This document shows, piece after piece, positions 1 to 13,093 of a stretch of 64,000 nucleotides of DNA (position 1 is its first letter; every line of letters begins with the position of its first letter). Position numbers and translations under genes: made by a program. This DNA comes from Trichoplax adhaerens (Eukaryota > Animalia > Placozoa): contig NW_002060943.1 of the NCBI RefSeq assembly GCF_000150275.1, positions 8,769,070-8,833,069 on the forward strand. Direction: 5' to 3'. The notes under the pieces were generated by a model. The model ran no database searches. It was not told the DNA's origin and saw nothing but the letters and a program-made list of their open reading frames with translations.

Positions 1-87
1 GACATGATTTCGATCACAACTTTAATAGATGTGCCTGTCGCTAATCTTAATCACGGTTCATATCTAACTTCTGTCGACTTGGCATAG

Positions 88-3000
88 GAGTGCATATTAT
101 CATCTTGATATGCTTATCATCTCAAGCTGATATTATAGTATCTCAAGCTCATAGAATGGGTCTAACATCTAAAGGATATCAGTGGCTATTCTACGATAAT
201 ACTATTACGGAGGTACAGATCAAAAATTATAATTTACCATCACAAGTGGAGTAATATTTTCTAATTAAACTAAATATAAAATCGATTGCTAGGGACGATT
301 GCATAGTAATCCGCCTCGTTATTTGGAAGGAGCCATTGGCATGATAAGTAATCCAAACCGCGATAATCCGGTATATCGAAAAATTGAATCTATTTGGAAG
401 AAGGACCATACTAGTGACTTAGATGTTAGTTTCACCTAAGATCATTGCCTGGCAATTTTCATTCTTTACTGTTAACATTTTCCTATCTCTTGATCATAAC
501 TGAATGTATTATTGATTACTCCTCCTTTTCTATAATCAGCCATTTTCATTAAGATACTATGATGCCGTCCTAGCCTTTGCCTACGGACTACAAAAGCTAC
601 TACCTAACATAAGCAGTATAGCGCCAACAATGATGTCATGCGACAAAATAATTCCTTGGGCAAATGGAAATCTATTAATGCATAGTATCAAAACGGTATT
701 GAAGCAAATGTTCATCATTGATCGATGATGTAGTATTAAGTTCAACAGTGATATCACAGGCTAATAGTTTTGACACAAATGGTTGTGATATAAATCGTAA
801 ATATTACAAGATACAGTTCTGTACATACAAAGAATTAGAATGTGAATTATTAACCAATAAAAAATATTGCAATTTATAAAAGTATTCTATTACAGTGACT
901 TAACCGTTGATATAGATATATACGATATGATAAATTTTTAATGAAAACTTATAGGTGGTAACTTTCTTGCATATATACGCAAATATCTTGTTACACAGTC
1001 TGTAGGAGCGGGAGTAACGGGTCCGATACAATTTGGTATAAATGGTTCTCCAATCAATCCATCATTTCAAATTGTCAATTTAATCAATCAAACCTGGAAA
1101 ACTGTATATGAGAATGAATGATTAATTTATTATATGAATAATATTTAAACATGAACACCGCGATTTACTAATTTAGCGATCAATTGCAGATTGGTAAATG
1201 GTCAAAAGATTCTGGTGCAAGTATCGATATCAATAAAATTGTGTATATGGGTCACAATTTAGATCCGACGATTCTCAGTACAGGGTTAAAAGGAGTCAAT
1301 TTATCCATAGTTACTACTATTGTAAGTAATAACTTTTCAATATCAATGGAAATGATGCGATATAATGAAAATATAGAATCTCCACAATATCTCTATAGCA
1401 CCTTTTACTAGCATATTCAGAAGTTAATGCTACTTTATAGGCATAGCCATAGACTACTAGAAAAAAATTTTTTAGTAGTCCATGGTAGAACGATACGGGC
1501 AGAGCCAACTGATTTTTGCTTTGATCTATATCATAATTTCAAAAAAATCATTTAAGTTGTCATCAATCCAATGGTATAAACCTTAACTTACACTTCTTTT
1601 CGCGTCATTAAAATACTTAAACAGGATCCTCCTTTTATGAACTTGATAAATTCGTCCGAGTTATATGGAAACAATAGATTTGAAGGAATAGTAAAAGATT
1701 TATTGGTAGAATTAAGTAAAATGCTGCAGTTTACATATAAATTGTCTCTTACTGAAGACAGAAATTATGGTAGTGTCAATGAAACTACAAATCAATGGAC
1801 TGGAATGGTTAAAAAGATAATTGACCAGGTCTGTATTTCAGATAATCTAATATTAAGATATTGAAGTAGCTTAAAGATGATTACAAGCCTAGGTTATATG
1901 AATCTCACTTAAATTCACATGTATTAACTCTACAAAATCGTTCTCTTAATTCAATCTGTATTCGTTTCATTATAGAAAGCTGATATTGCTGCTGGCGCAT
2001 TCTCTATTACCGCTAGTCGCTCTCATGTCATTGATTTTACTAAACCATTTCTAGATCAGGGTGTAACTATGCTAGTCGCCAAGCCTAAGTCACTTCCACC
2101 GTCAATATTTCAATGCTTTGCTCCATTTACACTTAATGTATGGCTGCTTATTGCTGGTTCGTTTATATTTACTGGAGTTATCTTCTATGCTACGGGTTAT
2201 CTGAGCCCATTCGATTTATATGGATCAGCAGTTCGTCACCTACCTCTTCATGCAAATGATTCTGACTATAGTGGAAATAGCATACCTAGAGTTGATAAAT
2301 TAAGATGGAAAAATTATTACAGAGATACCATTTACTCAACTAATTTGGGCAATTCAGTGTGGAATATTATATCTTCATTTCTTCAACAAGGACATAACAA
2401 ATCACCAAACGCTCTGTCTGGTCGTATCATAACCGGATTTTGGTGGTTAGCATCATGTATTATTATTGCTACTTACACTGCCAACTTGGCTGCTTTTTTG
2501 ACTATTGATCGCCTAAATTCAGGTAAAATTTATGTTTGATGATAAATTTACGAGTCATATCTGACTTAATAATAGATCATACTGAAAACCTCTAGTAATT
2601 ATAGCATAAATGTATTAGTAGCGAAAGTTTTCGATTTTTTGTAATCACAGAAACATTAACACGCTCAGGCGGTCTATCTTCTAAAAATATTTTTGAGTAC
2701 TTTTGTTTATATTTATAAAAGCCATAAACAATTTCTTATCTTTCTTTAAAATAATCTATTTCACTTTGCCAAACTTTATTAAATAAAACATAACTGGCAA
2801 TAATACTAATTTAAGCATTGGCCAATATGGAATTAGGCTACACAATTTAAGGGGATGGATGATTGGTTCGTAGGATGCGCGGTGTAGCTAATTGTAATTT
2901 ATTAAACTTATTATTACAAGTATAACGTTTTTATGGGATAATAATCATTAACTATATTACAATTATCGACTACTACGCTCACAGCAAAGGCAGTTCGCCT

Positions 3001-6000
3001 ATATTAGTATAAATAAATAGCATACAGGCTTAACCTATATACTTGGTTAAGTGTCTTTGTCCGTGCCAGTTAGACTTGAACATTAAATGTATATAAAATA
3101 GAAAAACTGATAATTTGGTGTTAATTATTTTACGCAAAATGCCTTTGATACAAATAGAACTGCGATACTTTACAAAAATCGATATAATCAATTTCAAATA
3201 CATCACCACAACTACTAATAAATATTGCAAGGTAGTGCAGTTCTCTAAATTATATTACTAGTACTAGCTAATGATTCTATAAATATTTAGAGATGAATTA
3301 GTACACGGTATAAAGTTACTGAACCTCTGACAGGTCTACGACAAATGGCAATACTATCTGTTAAATGAGCACGTTATCGTAAACCGTCAGCAAAGCGACG
3401 GGAGTTTGTACTAGTATTTATGATAAATGAGTTAACATCTTAGTATTAAATAAGGCTTATTCGAATCCAACAGAAGCGTAGAATCAACAAAATTAAGATA
3501 CAGCTGTTAGTATTCCATCCATAATATATAACGCCCTAATACGGTAGTAATTTCAGCTAATTATAGTAGTAATAATCTGTTTAAAATTGTAAAAAACAAT
3601 ATTGTCACGGTACGAACTACCGTGAAGAAATAGTTATCTAAATTTGGTTAATATAATATAGTGATGTCACAAAACAGCTTTGCAACAAGATAACGTAATC
3701 TACGATCAATAAGTCAATTCCTTGAACCACGTATCAAGGAACGATATCTGCACTATCACAAGCACTTTTGCTGTACTAGCAGACTACACAAAGACTTAAA
3801 CGCCTCGTATTTTACGTTAAACACTAAGTTGGAGAATTCCCTTTATTTCACGATATACTGCATTTATATACTACTCCTCAATAGTTCATGAGTCATAGTT
3901 AATACAATTAACATTGGAATCATTTGCTGAATTAGATATTAATTTTAGCTACTGCTCCCTTAATGCAGACAACAGTATTTACGAATATAGACATGTAATG
4001 ACTAATACAGAATAGTCAGATTACGATATGTCCTATCACGGAACATTTCCATGATAATTTACAGTCTACCATAAGTAAATTACAATCACAATGATTCGAA
4101 TTGTAAGTAGATGATTTGCATTCCCTATTATAACTATTAATTTCAGTATGTGTATAAGTGTCACTGTCATAAAAAGTCAGTGCTATATTAAAACACAGTA
4201 TATCCAAATTAGAAGTTAACTAAATAAGGATAGTCTAACAGAATTATCCTAACATAGTTATTTCTACTGTAATACAGTATTTAACACTGTAACAAGTGAT
4301 AATATATTACAACTGATTACTTACAATAGGAATTACTCTCTAATTATAAATGTGTTACAGTAAATTTAATGCTGTGCGGTAATGTGCACTGAAATGATTC
4401 GGTGAATGGACATGTTGTAGTCCGAATGTGAAAAATTAGTTAGTAGATGTTCTCACCAAGATGACGCGTGAATGTTAGCTGCTGTAGAAGGGTATATAAG
4501 CCCGTCAGATAGTTGAATAAAGTAGTTCTCAATTGTCTAGTTGAGTTTAACGTAGAATCAAAGGCGTCTAAATTCTTATGAGATAGTTAAGGGATACTGA
4601 ATCCCGGAGACTATAGTATTTTAGAGATTTGTTTTACGTTATCTTTGTCACGAAGTTGGTTTGTGACAAATATGCAGTAAAACATTATGTAGCGTAGAAT
4701 AGCCGTTCGTGCATAAAATGTAAAATGTGGGTGGTGGCCGATACGTTAATATTTTACACTTTAGAGATGAAAAACCGATTCATTTCAGAGGCATAAGTAT
4801 AACAAAGACTTTATGTTACAGTACTATTTGATGCTTTAATTAAATTAAACTAATTGATGAAATCCAAGTAGTTTTAAATCAATTTATTTACTAGATTAAT
4901 TCTAACTTAGCAGCAAAGCGTAATTGTTTATTGATTCTGTCCTAAAATTACTATTTTATGCAACTAGTAATATGCTATTATCGTATTTCAGCTTATATAA
5001 CTATACAATACCCCAGCTTTGCGATCCGAAAAGATTTGAAACAATTACTAACCAAATATAGATGTAACATTATGATCTTATATAGAAGATGCCTAGTATA
5101 GTAATATCCTAATATACGAATACTTATCATATACCGCTTAAGTACTGTATTGTATTACATTCATAATGTACGATATCATGACTACATATAGACGACATGC
5201 TATACATATAAAGACATTATCTCAATCCCATCTAAAACCTATAAATACCCTTGTACGCTAACTCGTTAGTCAGTTCCTACATTCCTGCTATCTCAAATAC
5301 CTTGTCTATAACAACCATATCATTGTTAGCCTGTAACTTGTATCTCAATAAAATCCTTTATACCTTCTATCATCGTCTACCTTAAAATACTTTACGCTAC
5401 TTAAAGAAGATATTATTACAATAGACACTAATGATTATTACGGTCAATGATAGAAATTTTCTAAATTGATGAGATAAATACTAATATTGCAGTCGTTATT
5501 TACTTTCTTGACAGCCGTCGATTCTATTCAAAAACTTGCAACTCAAAATAAAATAAAGTATGGAACTGTTCAAGGAAGCAGCGTTGACAATTTCTTTCAC
5601 AAAACTGGTCTTAGTCCTTATTATGAAATGGCTCCGTATATGGCCAATGTTCCCACTACTCAACAAGGCGTCCAAAAGGCTAAAGAAGGCAATTACGCTT
5701 TTCTATGGGACGCAGCTTTGTTAAACTATTATAAGAATATACATTGCGATGTTATGACCGTTGGTGGTGAATTCCATAAAGATGGCTACGGACTAGGGCT
5801 GAGAAAAGGATCACCCTATACGCAAGAGTTTAGCGTAGCTATTTTAAAATTAAGGCAAAATGGTTTCATTGAAAATAGAATAAAAAAATGGTAAGTCATT
5901 TTATCAGCTATTGTAATTCATTCATTGTAAGATCCTTAGACATATACTGTATGACGGTCTTAAAAATTCTTCAAATCCATTATTATCATTTTTTTAAAAC

Positions 6001-7198
6001 TTATAATGCACCGTATTCACGCTATTGATTGATTTAATTAATAAATAAAATCATGAAGAGATCTGAAAATCTTAATGAATAGATGCCACAGATAACCAAG
6101 TTGTCGGAAAAAAATTGGATTTAATATGTAGTATTATGCTATGAAGTAACACGAGTACGGTACATCACTGCTAATACACATACCCGTAGAAGGAACGCTC
6201 CTGATTATTATATGTAAGAGATACAGCAATATCGCCAAATAGCCACACTCTTATACACGTATAATCTGTTGTCCACAAGTTTCAAGCAAAAAGATTTTCC
6301 GGATCAGTTCAAAAATAACTGGATATCATTTATTTCTATCTATTTATTAGTTACGCGAGTTATAAATATTCGTAAATACTACTGAGTACTAAGGTCATAA
6401 TAGAATATATCACATAAGTTAGGCAGCGATTTTATATGATTTAATTTTATAAAGTTATATTAACACATGCAAATTCCATATATTTTCAATCAGGTACGAT
6501 AAAACTAAGGTTACTTGCATTGGTAACGGTCAGAATAACGAAAACCTTGCAGAATATCAAGAGATTGATATCAGCCACATCTATGGAGTCTTTGTGCTAC
6601 TTTTATTTGCAACAGGAACTAGCTTTTTGATTCTTTTGATCGAGTGGATAATAGCTTTATGGCAAAGTATTGATCCTATGGATCCCGACGTAAGTATTAA
6701 TTGATATGATACAATGTCTTTGATATAATTCTTAAAGTTAGCTCCTTAAAAGAACTTTATATTACCATCAAAGTCTATTTATCCGTAACTGTATAACGCA
6801 AAGTTCAATTATAATAGGCAAACTAGGTATACATTGCTTTCTCTAGTATGCATATATAATATCAACTGCTTTTTAGCTGTACTGAAGTATGGTATCTGGA
6901 ACCTNCAATTTGATATTTATAAAATTTTTAGGCCTTGCAATCCTGACTTAAATATATATTAACACTAATATATTTAAATTGCCGTACTAATACTAAAATT
7001 AGACATTTTTTCATTTTACACTGCTAAATTTCAATCTAGAAACCAAAAACGTTATTTCAAGCATTAAAATTGATGTTTGCCAAGTTTAAGCTGGCCAGAG
7101 AATTAATCAAAAATCCTGATTCTATAGCAGTAAGCTACACAGCTTCAAAAAGCTCAAAAGTTCCTGATAAAAAGCTAGCATCTCCAATTGAATGTTGA
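88..7198 (+). CDS. Ionotropic glutamate receptor subunit, AMPA/kainate/delta (AKDF)-like; 5' part lies upstream of the window
   Basis: Phase-consistent GT-AG exons: 88-212, 293-424, 540-695, 999-1103, 1190-1321, 1625-1828, 1976-2522, 5515-5890, 6494-6689, 7040-7198 (TGA). Motifs: ATD (YDAVLAFA, GVTGPIQF); S1 (DPPF, NYG..WTGMV, KADIAAGAFSITASRSHVIDFTKPF); M1; M2 pore SFLQQG; M3 TYTANLAAFLT; S2 (YGTVQGSSVDNFF, YAFLWD, GYGLGLRKGSPY, ILKLRQNG..KKW); M4 (IYGVFVLL..IEW); tail ending PIEC*. Confidence 0.95.
3603..4668 (+). mobile_element. Solo-LTR-like element family A, copy 1 (interrupted by a family B element), in iGluR intron
   Basis: TGTCACGG...TTTGTGACA flanked by 5-bp direct repeat AATAT (3598-3602 / 4669-4673). 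After removing the insert it is ~431 bp and aligns end to end with 25306-25741. Internal TATATAA followed by AATAAA. Confidence 0.9.
3665..4294 (-). mobile_element. Solo-LTR-like element family B, copy 1, nested in family A copy 1
   Basis: 630 bp, near-identical reverse complement of 14659-15292. Flanked by TSD AGTGA (3660-3664 / 4295-4299); the A copy at 25306 has a single AGTGA at this site. Confidence 0.92.
5063..5420 (+). mobile_element. Solo-LTR-like element family E, in iGluR intron
   Basis: TGTAACA...TATTACA with TSD ATAGA (5058-5062 / 5421-5425). TATAAATA at 5240-5247 and AATAAA at 5347-5352. Single copy in the window. Confidence 0.75.
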
Positions 7199-7840
7199 TA
7201 ACCAAATGATGAAGATGTTTGTTTATCTTTTTATTTCCCAATCTGGAGTAAAATCATATTGTAAATTCCTGGCGTAAAGTATTTATAATCAGTAACAATT
7301 TATAATACCATCCTTATCCAATAATATTGTTAAAGAATAAATGTAACAGTAATTTGTAAAGAAAATGCAACATATTTCTTGGAATAAGCGCTAAAAATCG
7401 AATCAATTTATCCATGCATAGAATAAATTTAACATAAGGTCTAAATAAGTAATAAGTTCTATTTTGCTTTCGAAGGCATTCTTGATGAAATTGAATTTCA
7501 TGCGTAGGTGTAAATAACAAATAAAATTAATTGAAATATTCATAAATATTATTATTATGGTAAGACATTTAGAGCGAAGCTAGATAAGAATAAAATGAGA
7601 CCGTATCATTTGATAAATTTCACGTTAACGACAATTATCATCGTATTCGTATTAGAAATTGATTATGAGACTAACCTTTATTATTAACTTTAGACTTTAA
7701 GTTTGAAGTGCAATAAATTTAATTCTTGCAGTGTTGATAAATTTACCGCGATTTCTGGTTATATATTTCGCAAATCAGATTCGTAGCTTTACAATTAAAA
7801 GGTATTCAAAATATTAAAGATTTCGTTACTTATAGACCTT

Positions 7841-7865
7841 ATTATATTATATTATATTATATTAT
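7841..7865. repeat. (ATTAT)5 microsatellite
   Basis: Five perfect ATTAT units. Confidence 0.8.
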
Positions 7866-9588
7866 ACACGCATTATACTATAGATTAGATCTTATAGATT
7901 ATAGGTTCTATTAGCTCAGTAATACTAGTACGAAAAATTGCAAAGTATCAAAACATCAACATCTCGCGATGGTACTAGTATCCTAGAGTATTGACCATTA
8001 TACTATAAAGAATAAGCATACAGTTTATTATTAGTTGCAGTCAGTTCAATTTAATTATGGTATATAGATAAATAGAATAAGAAACCAGATGGTAACAATT
8101 ATATTGTCTTGCTCAAAACTTTTATTTTACTATCTTGGCATATCAATAGAATCAGTATATCTATCAAATTAAATTTTTTCATCTACTTTTCCAACATAAC
8201 AATAATAGATAACAAAATAATTGTATAGCTTCAAATAATAAGCTACGATGATAACCAGACAACATTATCTGTCAAGTATTTATCAGTTACTACAAATAAG
8301 GTTAATAAAATCATCTTTATCCATCTATTGTGTCTAGCATATGAAATTTGTTAAAGAAATTGAAGAAAATATGGTTATTTAAATATCATCTTTAAACATA
8401 CACTATATTGTTCTTAAAAGAGGGCAACTGTAACTGATTAAGACAGATTACACAATTCCAGCTTTAACATAATTTCCTTTCCTTGGATATTTAACAATGT
8501 ATAGGGATAATATCCTAATTTCCATTTTTCTCGTTGCGGATGTCTTACGTAAATTGTCAACTGATGAATTACTGACACATGATCAATACATTAAGTTTAG
8601 CATTTATCCTAAGGTAGTGGAAATAATTATACAATAATACTCTCCAAGTATCGGCTTACAGTGTAGCATTATGCTAAGTTATTCCAATACAGTCAATTAC
8701 TTTAATTTATCTTAGGTATGCAAACATCCGATAGTATATTATCAATTATTTTACAATTCATATTGTAACGATTAGAAACTATGTTTTCGGATTGGATTTA
8801 GCGATAATATCCATGAAATCGAATGTAATTTACATGAATTGCAACTTAATAGCTGAGAGTATTTGAATCACTGTTTTGATTATACCTTAATTTCCTAAAA
8901 CTAAAAGTCAATAGATCAATATTAAATTTTTACTTGATCCATAAATTCTGAAAACAATTGTTACGCTGATAATAATGACATCATGATATTGAAATTTCAG
9001 AAAGGGTTGTAAATAATGCAAATTAAAAAATTTAATGGATTACCGATTGAAAGGTGGCTAGAATTCAGTATGTCAATGCAGATAACTAAAATTTCTTCAA
9101 AATACCTATATAGAAAATCTAAAAATTACCGATTCCGAAGAAAATATAGACGTCAATAATAGTTACTTGAGTTAAAAGAGTAAACTAATATTAATATACT
9201 AACAACAAATATAAAAGATGCAATACAAGTGTAAAAGTAATTTCAATCTTTATGTTAATAGCCCTCATGAATACGTTCTGCATAATAGTTATTGGTGATT
9301 GTAGGCATATGATTCACTAATTATAGTTCCTCCCATTGGTCATAATGAAACTTCTATGATAAAATGAAAATGTTGCTAAATGCGTAATGCTATTGTTGAT
9401 AGACTACCAGTGTCACTTTTTCCTGTGATTGTTTAAGAGTTGCTCTTTAAACTAACGAATACAATAAATATTATACACATTAAGGGCATACAATCATTAT
9501 CACACATTTTATCTTCAAGAGGTAACATTATTAACAACTTAAATTTCGCCGAACAATTAATTAATCGTGGAGACGATATAATTTTGCA

Positions 9589-12500
9589 ATGAATATCACA
9601 TATCGCACCGGTTTTACTCCGACATTCGCTATGATATCTATAATTATGCAAGCTATTCTTTCCAGCGTTGGCATTCCAGGGAATGCATTAATTTTTATAC
9701 ATATTGCAAAGAAAGGTTCAAGGCGATTACGAATGAAAGATGTCTTGGTTTTGAATTTAGCAAGTTCTGATTTCCTTTATTGCTTTTTAAGGTAAGAGAA
9801 ATAATAATTAACTTTTGCTTCATGCATCTCTAAAGATTACCCAAAATTTGTTAATTAACCCTTCTCACTGTTTTATCAAAGTCATATTGATAGCATAACA
9901 TGTAGTAAATTTATCAACAAAATCCAAGAGAATATCTCTCTCTGTAAATAAATAAAATCAGTAAAATCATTAATACCTATAAAGATGTCACATAATTTCT
10001 ACGATACGAAAAACGACTTAAAAGCACCATTTTGCAATAGATTATACGGTCTTATACTCTGCAAGTTGCTATTACGTTTGCAACCAATTTGGTATAATTC
10101 TATGCTAATAAATTCTAAGCTACTTTAAAGTACTGCATAGGTAACACTATGTCACGGTACTAACTCACCGTACCAAATTAGTACATGCTTTGCGGCTACA
10201 ATGATATTGTAAGCCGAGGAGTACGTAACCAGATATAGATTGTAGACGGTACGATTTAAATTGTGATGTGTTAAAGGTCATTTATATCTATAGTTGGATT
10301 AGCAGTATTCTAAGAGGTGTGTAAAAGCTTGTAGATAAAATCTATTTAAACGATTGGACAAATTAATAAAAGTTAGTTCTTAGTTCCTAAGGTTAGAAGT
10401 ATAACGTAAATCGAAGGAGTACGAATTATTGCGAGATCGTAGATTCGATCACAACGTTATCTTGTCACACGGGAGTTTGTGACACACTAAGCCTTTAAAA
10501 GCATCATCCGGGCAATATCCTTTCTAAGATCTATTATGGAGACTACATAATTCTATATTAGTGGGTATGAAGGAGCGATATTAATAAGCGAAAACAATCA
10601 AGTTTTAATCGCAGCATTTACAATTTGTCGAAATTGCATGATAGCTCCATTTACAGCCATATTTTAAAGGGTTTTTAAAAATATGAGGTTAATCCTTAAA
10701 CAACAAATTTCTACTGCAACAGTTATATTTATTTAAATATAATTCACGTTGCAATGTCCTTACTAGGCTAAAGTCGTGGGAATAAATAATGAGATATTAG
10801 TACCCCAGGAGATTTTATATCTAGTATTTATTCAGCAATTAACTATTCAACATTTGATATTGTAACTTTGGAATGTTGATGGTCTATAATAAATAAAGGA
10901 AGTTTACCTCTTATACGTGCTAAGGATTAAGTATTATAATTGCCTATGGCTACAAAATTAAGCTCTGAATATCGTAATTTTCGCGAGTGTATATGCCGGA
11001 GCGCCATTAAGTAAATAGCTTTTTCTGGCTAAACCTCAAGACGTAACTTTCAACTATTTTTGAATCCACATCTTCAGGTCCATAATTCCAAGTTAAAAAT
11101 TTTTCATTACAGTCCTAAATTAGTCATACTACCAGGGATAAAGTGTATTTACTTTATGATAAATAAATATCGATAAGTACCGTCGTCATTCTAATCTTTA
11201 ATATCTTAGACTACTTAGTTGGAAATATCATTCTGTTTATTTTGATTTTAAATAACATTATCTACTTTAAGTTTTCTTCTTAAAAAGCTTAAATATGCCG
11301 ATAGAGTTTACAACACAAACAAATACAAATGTAAAAATATGTTCTAAATAATATTAGAAGATATTTTCGCAAACTTTAAATTTTACTAAGTTATTGTTCA
11401 CTATTGAATCGTATAAATAGCAAATTAAAGGAAATGTAAAAATAGAGCCTAATCAATAGCATAACTGAAATTATCAGTACAAATGCATTTATTTATTTAT
11501 AGGACAACAAAGATAGCTCATTTTTGTTACCATAGTAGCATCTATCATAGATTTACACAAAGTACAATACTTACCGCATATACCCTATATGATCAGCATT
11601 CATCATTATGCTGATTTATTTCTTTGCAGAAAATCTTGTTATACCATCTTCATAAAATGGGGGAATATCTTATACAGTATTTTCAAAATTTATTTTACAT
11701 CAGATTTTAGCCTATTCCACATGGAAAATTATGATATCGGTAGATGCCAAACGATCTCTTATTCCCTTAACAAATAAATCATTTGCAGACAGGAGTGAAA
11801 GGGATTTTTTTATATAAGATTTACTTTTAGATGATACTAGCAGCAAATCGATACTCTAAAGTAAAAAGCACAGCGTTTGTTCAGTTAAAACAATTATTTC
11901 AAAATAATTCTGTTAGATTTAACCTTTCATATTTACCATTTTTATGGATACAAAATTGATATTTGAATCCTGTAATATCAAGTGTTTGATTTCATCATGA
12001 TTTCCTAAACAAATAATATACACTGCTTTTACTCAACCATTTAGTCATGAATAAAATTCAATTTTAATAATTTATTAATTTCACTTTTTTCATATACGGA
12101 ATTTTTGATGCTCTTCCAATTCATGAATCAAGCTGCTGCATATTTATGCCTGATCTTATCAGGATAACCATTGGTGATATACCGATCTACACCGAAAATT
12201 CTTGGAGGTGTCGATTAGGGAAAGCTGCACCATTATATGCTGGAGTCGTCAATATCTATTCAATGGCAGCAATAGCAGTAGCGAGATATGTTGTCGTTGT
12301 TCAGCCTAAGAAATCATCATGGATTAAAGATAAAAGAAGCTATTTTATAATCACTTTGATCATTTGGGTCATACCATTTGTAATAGTATTGCCACCAGTT
12401 ATTGGGTTTTGGGGTAAATACACCTACTTTCGTGATATTGGTGTATGCTTTTCCATTTATTTTATTACCCAAGATTTGAAGTATAAGTCCTATTTCTTCT

Positions 12501-13093
12501 TCCTTTCCTCTTTTGGTATAATTATACCGACATTAATTATGATAATGTGTTATACCTCGATATATCTTGCCGTTAGAGAAAGTCGAAGACGCTTGGCTAG
12601 GCACTCCAACAACAGTTTTAATCAAATACATCCTGAAGCTGCCAACGAAAATGGAAATTCTTCGAAAAAATTAAAGCGACTACGAAAATGTAAGCATGGG
12701 AAAGGATCATCGCAAATGTTACGAACTTCAGTTAGCAATGATAGTTCTAAAAGTAGCGCAGCAAGTTCATCTCGATCTCCAGAAGTTAGTAAACAAGAAT
12801 TAAAACTAACAGAAACCTTGGCTCTTATCTTTATATCCTATTTGGTTACCTACATACCATACACAATCTCGATGATTATTAATTTTTTCCTATACCAACC
12901 TGAAATTATACAATTACAGTTTGGTTTTCTATTCGTCAGCTACACTGGTAACGCTATCAACCCAATCATCTTTTACAAGCGCGATAAACGATTCAGGCAA
13001 CTAGTTCTATCATGCCTTGAATTTTTTATACAAAGAAAGCGTCGTCGACATAATACCGTCATACATCGATTTATCGTGGAAAGTAATTTCTAA
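9589..13093 (+). CDS. Rhodopsin-class (class A) orphan GPCR, paralog 1
   Basis: Exon 1 9589-9791 (TM1 GIPGN, TM2 NLASSD; donor AG|GTAAGA, phase 2) and exon 2 12133-13093 (acceptor AAG, in frame). Motifs: TM3 C..AVARY, TM4 W, ECL2 GFWGKY..C, TM5 P..CY, TM6 TYIP, TM7 NPIIF. Confidence 0.9.
10150..10484 (+). mobile_element. Solo-LTR-like element family C, in GPCR1 intron
   Basis: TGTCACGGTAC...TTTGTGACA with TSD CACTA (10145-10149 / 10485-10489). AATAAA at 10365-10370. Shares termini and the ACGTTATCT motif with family A. Confidence 0.85.

Noticed and set aside
3002-3533. Possible additional degenerate LTR in the iGluR intron (shares CGTAGAATCAA with A and CGGGAGTTTGT with C)
   Set aside because: Termini are not TG...CA and there is no exact TSD; only short motif matches.
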